Source: Rhizaria sp. SCN 62-66 (taxonomy: Eukaryota). Taken from it: a DNA stretch of 63,059 bases. The notes beneath the pieces are model-generated. The model was not told the origin of the DNA. It was given only the letters and a program-made list of their open reading frames with translations, and ran no database searches. Position 1 is the first letter of the stretch, and each line of letters starts with the position of its first letter. The translations under genes were made by a program, and so were the position numbers. The stretch spans positions 1-63,059 of the forward strand of contig MEDY01000291.1 of the NCBI GenBank assembly GCA_001724265.1, given 5' to 3'. This document shows, in pieces, positions 60,608-63,059 of the stretch.

Positions 60608-61155
60608 GCTGGTCTGCAAAAAAACAAGGCGAAGAGATAGATAAGATATGCGACTATAAGCTCCCGTCATTTTCAGTCTAGAATATGGGTGATTAATGGG
60701 ATGCCGAAGGGGACTTCCTGCCACGCAACTCCAGCCGCAGTGGCCAAGCTAGCCTTGGAGGAAGAGAGCATAGACAAGCTTTACAAAACAGATAATTTGC
60801 AAATTAGGCAGAAATCGCAGTTTAATTAGGCGTATGCATTACCGCATTACGTTCTGATGGTTTATTGCGGCGGTATATGAACTTCTTTTACCGAAGCGAT
60901 GCCACTTGTTTCGGACCCCCGACGAGCCGCCACCGCCGCTGCTCTCGGACCGTAACAGAGCAGAGCAAGTGAAAACAAAAATATTAAGCACCCTCAAATG
61001 TTCCATATAAAAAGATTTTAACTCAAATTCTTGAGTTTATTACTATATTCAACTCTATATAACTTGAATGAAAAACGATCAGCTTACAATCTCTTGATTG
61101 CCGCGATCTATCTTGCGTTTTGTGGTAGTACGGCTTCTCAGCAGGTGCCAACTTC

Positions 61156-62205
61156 TCAGTGTCCATGCCTGGCCTCCCCGGCCGCGCCCGCGCCGCCGTG
61201 CGCGGCCTCCTCGGCGGCCTTCTTCGCCCGAACGCCCTTAAGCGCGGGGGAGATGACGAGATCGAACTGCCCCTCTGCGGACCCGGCCGAGTTGTAGTCG
61301 ACGGCCGAGCGCACAGAGTCCAGCTCCTCCTTGTCTTCCTCGGTCAGCTTCGCCGCGAAGCCCCACTTGTAGCGCGTCAACGTGGCCGGGTCCACGGCCG
61401 TGCGCGCGACGCCGCGGTAGAAGCTATCGGCCAGCTCGCCTCGGTTCCACGCGCGCGCGAACTTGGCGAAGAGCGCGCGCGCCTGGTCGGAAGTTAAGTC
61501 GCTAAAGTAGACGCGCTTGTGCTGCTCGAGCCAGAGCGAGAACTCGACGTTGCGGGTGAAGAAGTCGTCCGCGGTCAGGCGCGGAAACGGCACACCGCCA
61601 GGGGACACGCCGGTGGTGTAGCCGTCGGCGTCGTCCTTCTTGTCCTTCTTGTCCTTTTTGTCCTTCTTGTCGTGCTTATCGCGCTTGCTGCTGTCACGGT
61701 CCCGGTCACGGTCACTGCGGTCGCGCTCACGGTCGCGCTCACGGTCGCGGCCGCGGTCGCGGTCGCCGTGAGAGCGGTGCTCACGGTCACGATCAGTGCG
61801 GTCACGATCACGGTCACGGTCACGGTCGCGCTCACGGTCATGATCGCGGTCGCCCTCCCGGTCACGGTCGCTACGGTCGCGGTCAGATCGGTCACGGCCA
61901 CTGCGATGCTCGCGGTCGCGGTCGCGATTGCTGTCGCGGTGACGCTCACTACTGTGACGCTCATTACTGTGACTACTGCTGCTGCTGCTGCTGCTGCCGC
62001 GGCCACGGCCGTGCTCACGGTCACGGTCACCATCGCGATGAGAACGATCAGAGTCGCGGTCGCGGTGGCGGTCGCTGTCGCGATCACGGTTACGGTCAGT
62101 ACGGTCGCTGCGGTCGCCGCCCCTGGCGTCATCACGCGGGCGGTTGTCGCCGCTGCGACCGCTGTGGGCGCGGTGTGCGTCGCTGCTGCGGGCGTCTGTG
62201 CTCAT
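61156..62205 (-). CDS. RD/RS-repeat nuclear protein with SCI1 (style cell-cycle inhibitor 1)-like domain, 349 aa
   Basis: An Arg-Asp dipeptide repeat region is followed by DDFFTRNVEFSLWL...YFSDLTSDQARALFAKFARAWNRGEL...FY. Stop is TGA. Confidence 0.72.
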   Translation of the reverse strand: MSTDARSSDAHRAHSGRSGDNRPRDDARGGDRSDRTDRNRDRDSDRHRDRDSDRSHRDGDRDREHGRGRGSSSSSSSSHSNERHSSERHRDSNRDRDREHRSGRDRSDRDRSDRDREGDRDHDRERDRDRDRDRDRTDRDREHRSHGDRDRGRDRERDRERDRSDRDRDRDSSKRDKHDKKDKKDKKDKKDDADGYTTGVSPGGVPFPRLTADDFFTRNVEFSLWLEQHKRVYFSDLTSDQARALFAKFARAWNRGELADSFYRGVARTAVDPATLTRYKWGFAAKLTEEDKEELDSVRSAVDYNSAGSAEGQFDLVISPALKGVRAKKAAEEAAHGGAGAAGEARHGH

Positions 62206-62534
62206 GCGGTGCGTCGTCTCTATTTGATGCTGTTGGGTTTCAGGTTGCAGAGGTTCAACGGGTGAGTTCTACAGAGTGGGAGAGAAAGGGATACAAAGGC
62301 GCATGGATGAGCAAAACATGGGTTTCCGAATAAACCATAAAGGTATGGTATAAAAAGCTATCGCAAAGTTCTATTGGTACTACACCGACTCGCTCTGACG
62401 GACTCTGCAAGGCATTCGTATTGATGTTGAATCTTGTGGTTGGCAGCAAGCTTCGAGGCTGTCGTCGAGCGTCTTGATAAGCCATCTTCTGTGTCACATA
62501 GTCTGATCGACAGTCACATTTTGCGCATCACAAC

Positions 62535-63059
62535 ATGTCTTCAGGTGCCGGGGTACGTATGATATCTTAATTGACACAGCTAAATATACTGTCTGTTATG
62601 TGATCCAGCTCCTCCTTATTCAATGACCCAAAGTTCAATCGCACGCTTGTGGTCACAATACTTCCTCACCTCACAGCTCTCGATACATCGCTATATACTT
62701 CGCAGTATGACTATTCAGTCATGAGTTTCTCACCTGATGGTCGCGTCTATCAGGTCGAGTATGCCGAGAAGGCCGTTGAGAAGGCTGGGTACGTCCTCAA
62801 CAACTACTAACACTGATACCCTGGTTCTATATTAATGTATCTCTTGTCAGTTTGCTTGTTTCTACGTTCTTTGCTTCTCATCATTCAGTGTAACTGTGCA
62901 TATACTGCTTGTATGGATTTATACAGTACTTCGATTGGTATCAAGTGCGTGGACGGCGTCGTGCTGGGCGTGGAGAAGGCCATCTTCTCGCGCCTGCTCA
63001 AGGCCGACGCCAACAACATCATCCACCCGCTCGACACCTACTCGGCCATGGCGTGCTCG
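62535..63059 (+). CDS. PSMA3: 20S proteasome subunit alpha-7 (PSMA3), 3' part outside window
   Basis: Exons 62535-62552, 62706-62788 and 62927->63059, reading [51 protein letters not shown]. Confidence 0.92.

Noticed and set aside
61620-62120. Tandem CGGTCR-like repeats resembling an array
   Set aside because: They encode the Arg-Asp dipeptide region of the SCI1-like protein; there are no unique spacers, so this is not CRISPR or a mobile element.

Overview
Gene-dense eukaryotic nuclear DNA with GC-rich exons and AT-richer introns and intergenic regions. The gene content (dynein-2 and axonemal dynein assembly genes, mitochondrial CCP and PPOX, PTS1-ending enzymes) points to an aerobic, flagellated microbial eukaryote. 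I can model 22 protein-coding genes (2 truncated by the window edges) with 28 short spliceosomal introns (127-267 nt; 26 begin GTACG). I recognise no RNA genes, transposons or CRISPR arrays. The main finding is an apparent non-standard nuclear genetic code in which TAG is a sense codon, probably Gln, while TAA and TGA stay stops. Three isolated in-frame TAGs (43448, 57779, 55226) split two otherwise continuous long ORFs, and one lies at the end of a CAA/CAG poly-Gln run. None of the 20 modelled gene ends uses TAG (12 TAA, 8 TGA). Secondary signals are donor-less acceptor-like sites before many start codons (possible spliced-leader trans-splicing), an RPS18 missing a conserved segment with a frameshift, bacterial-like thiolase and metallophosphoesterase genes, and large low-complexity insertions in conserved proteins. 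All family calls come from motif recognition by eye, not database searches.
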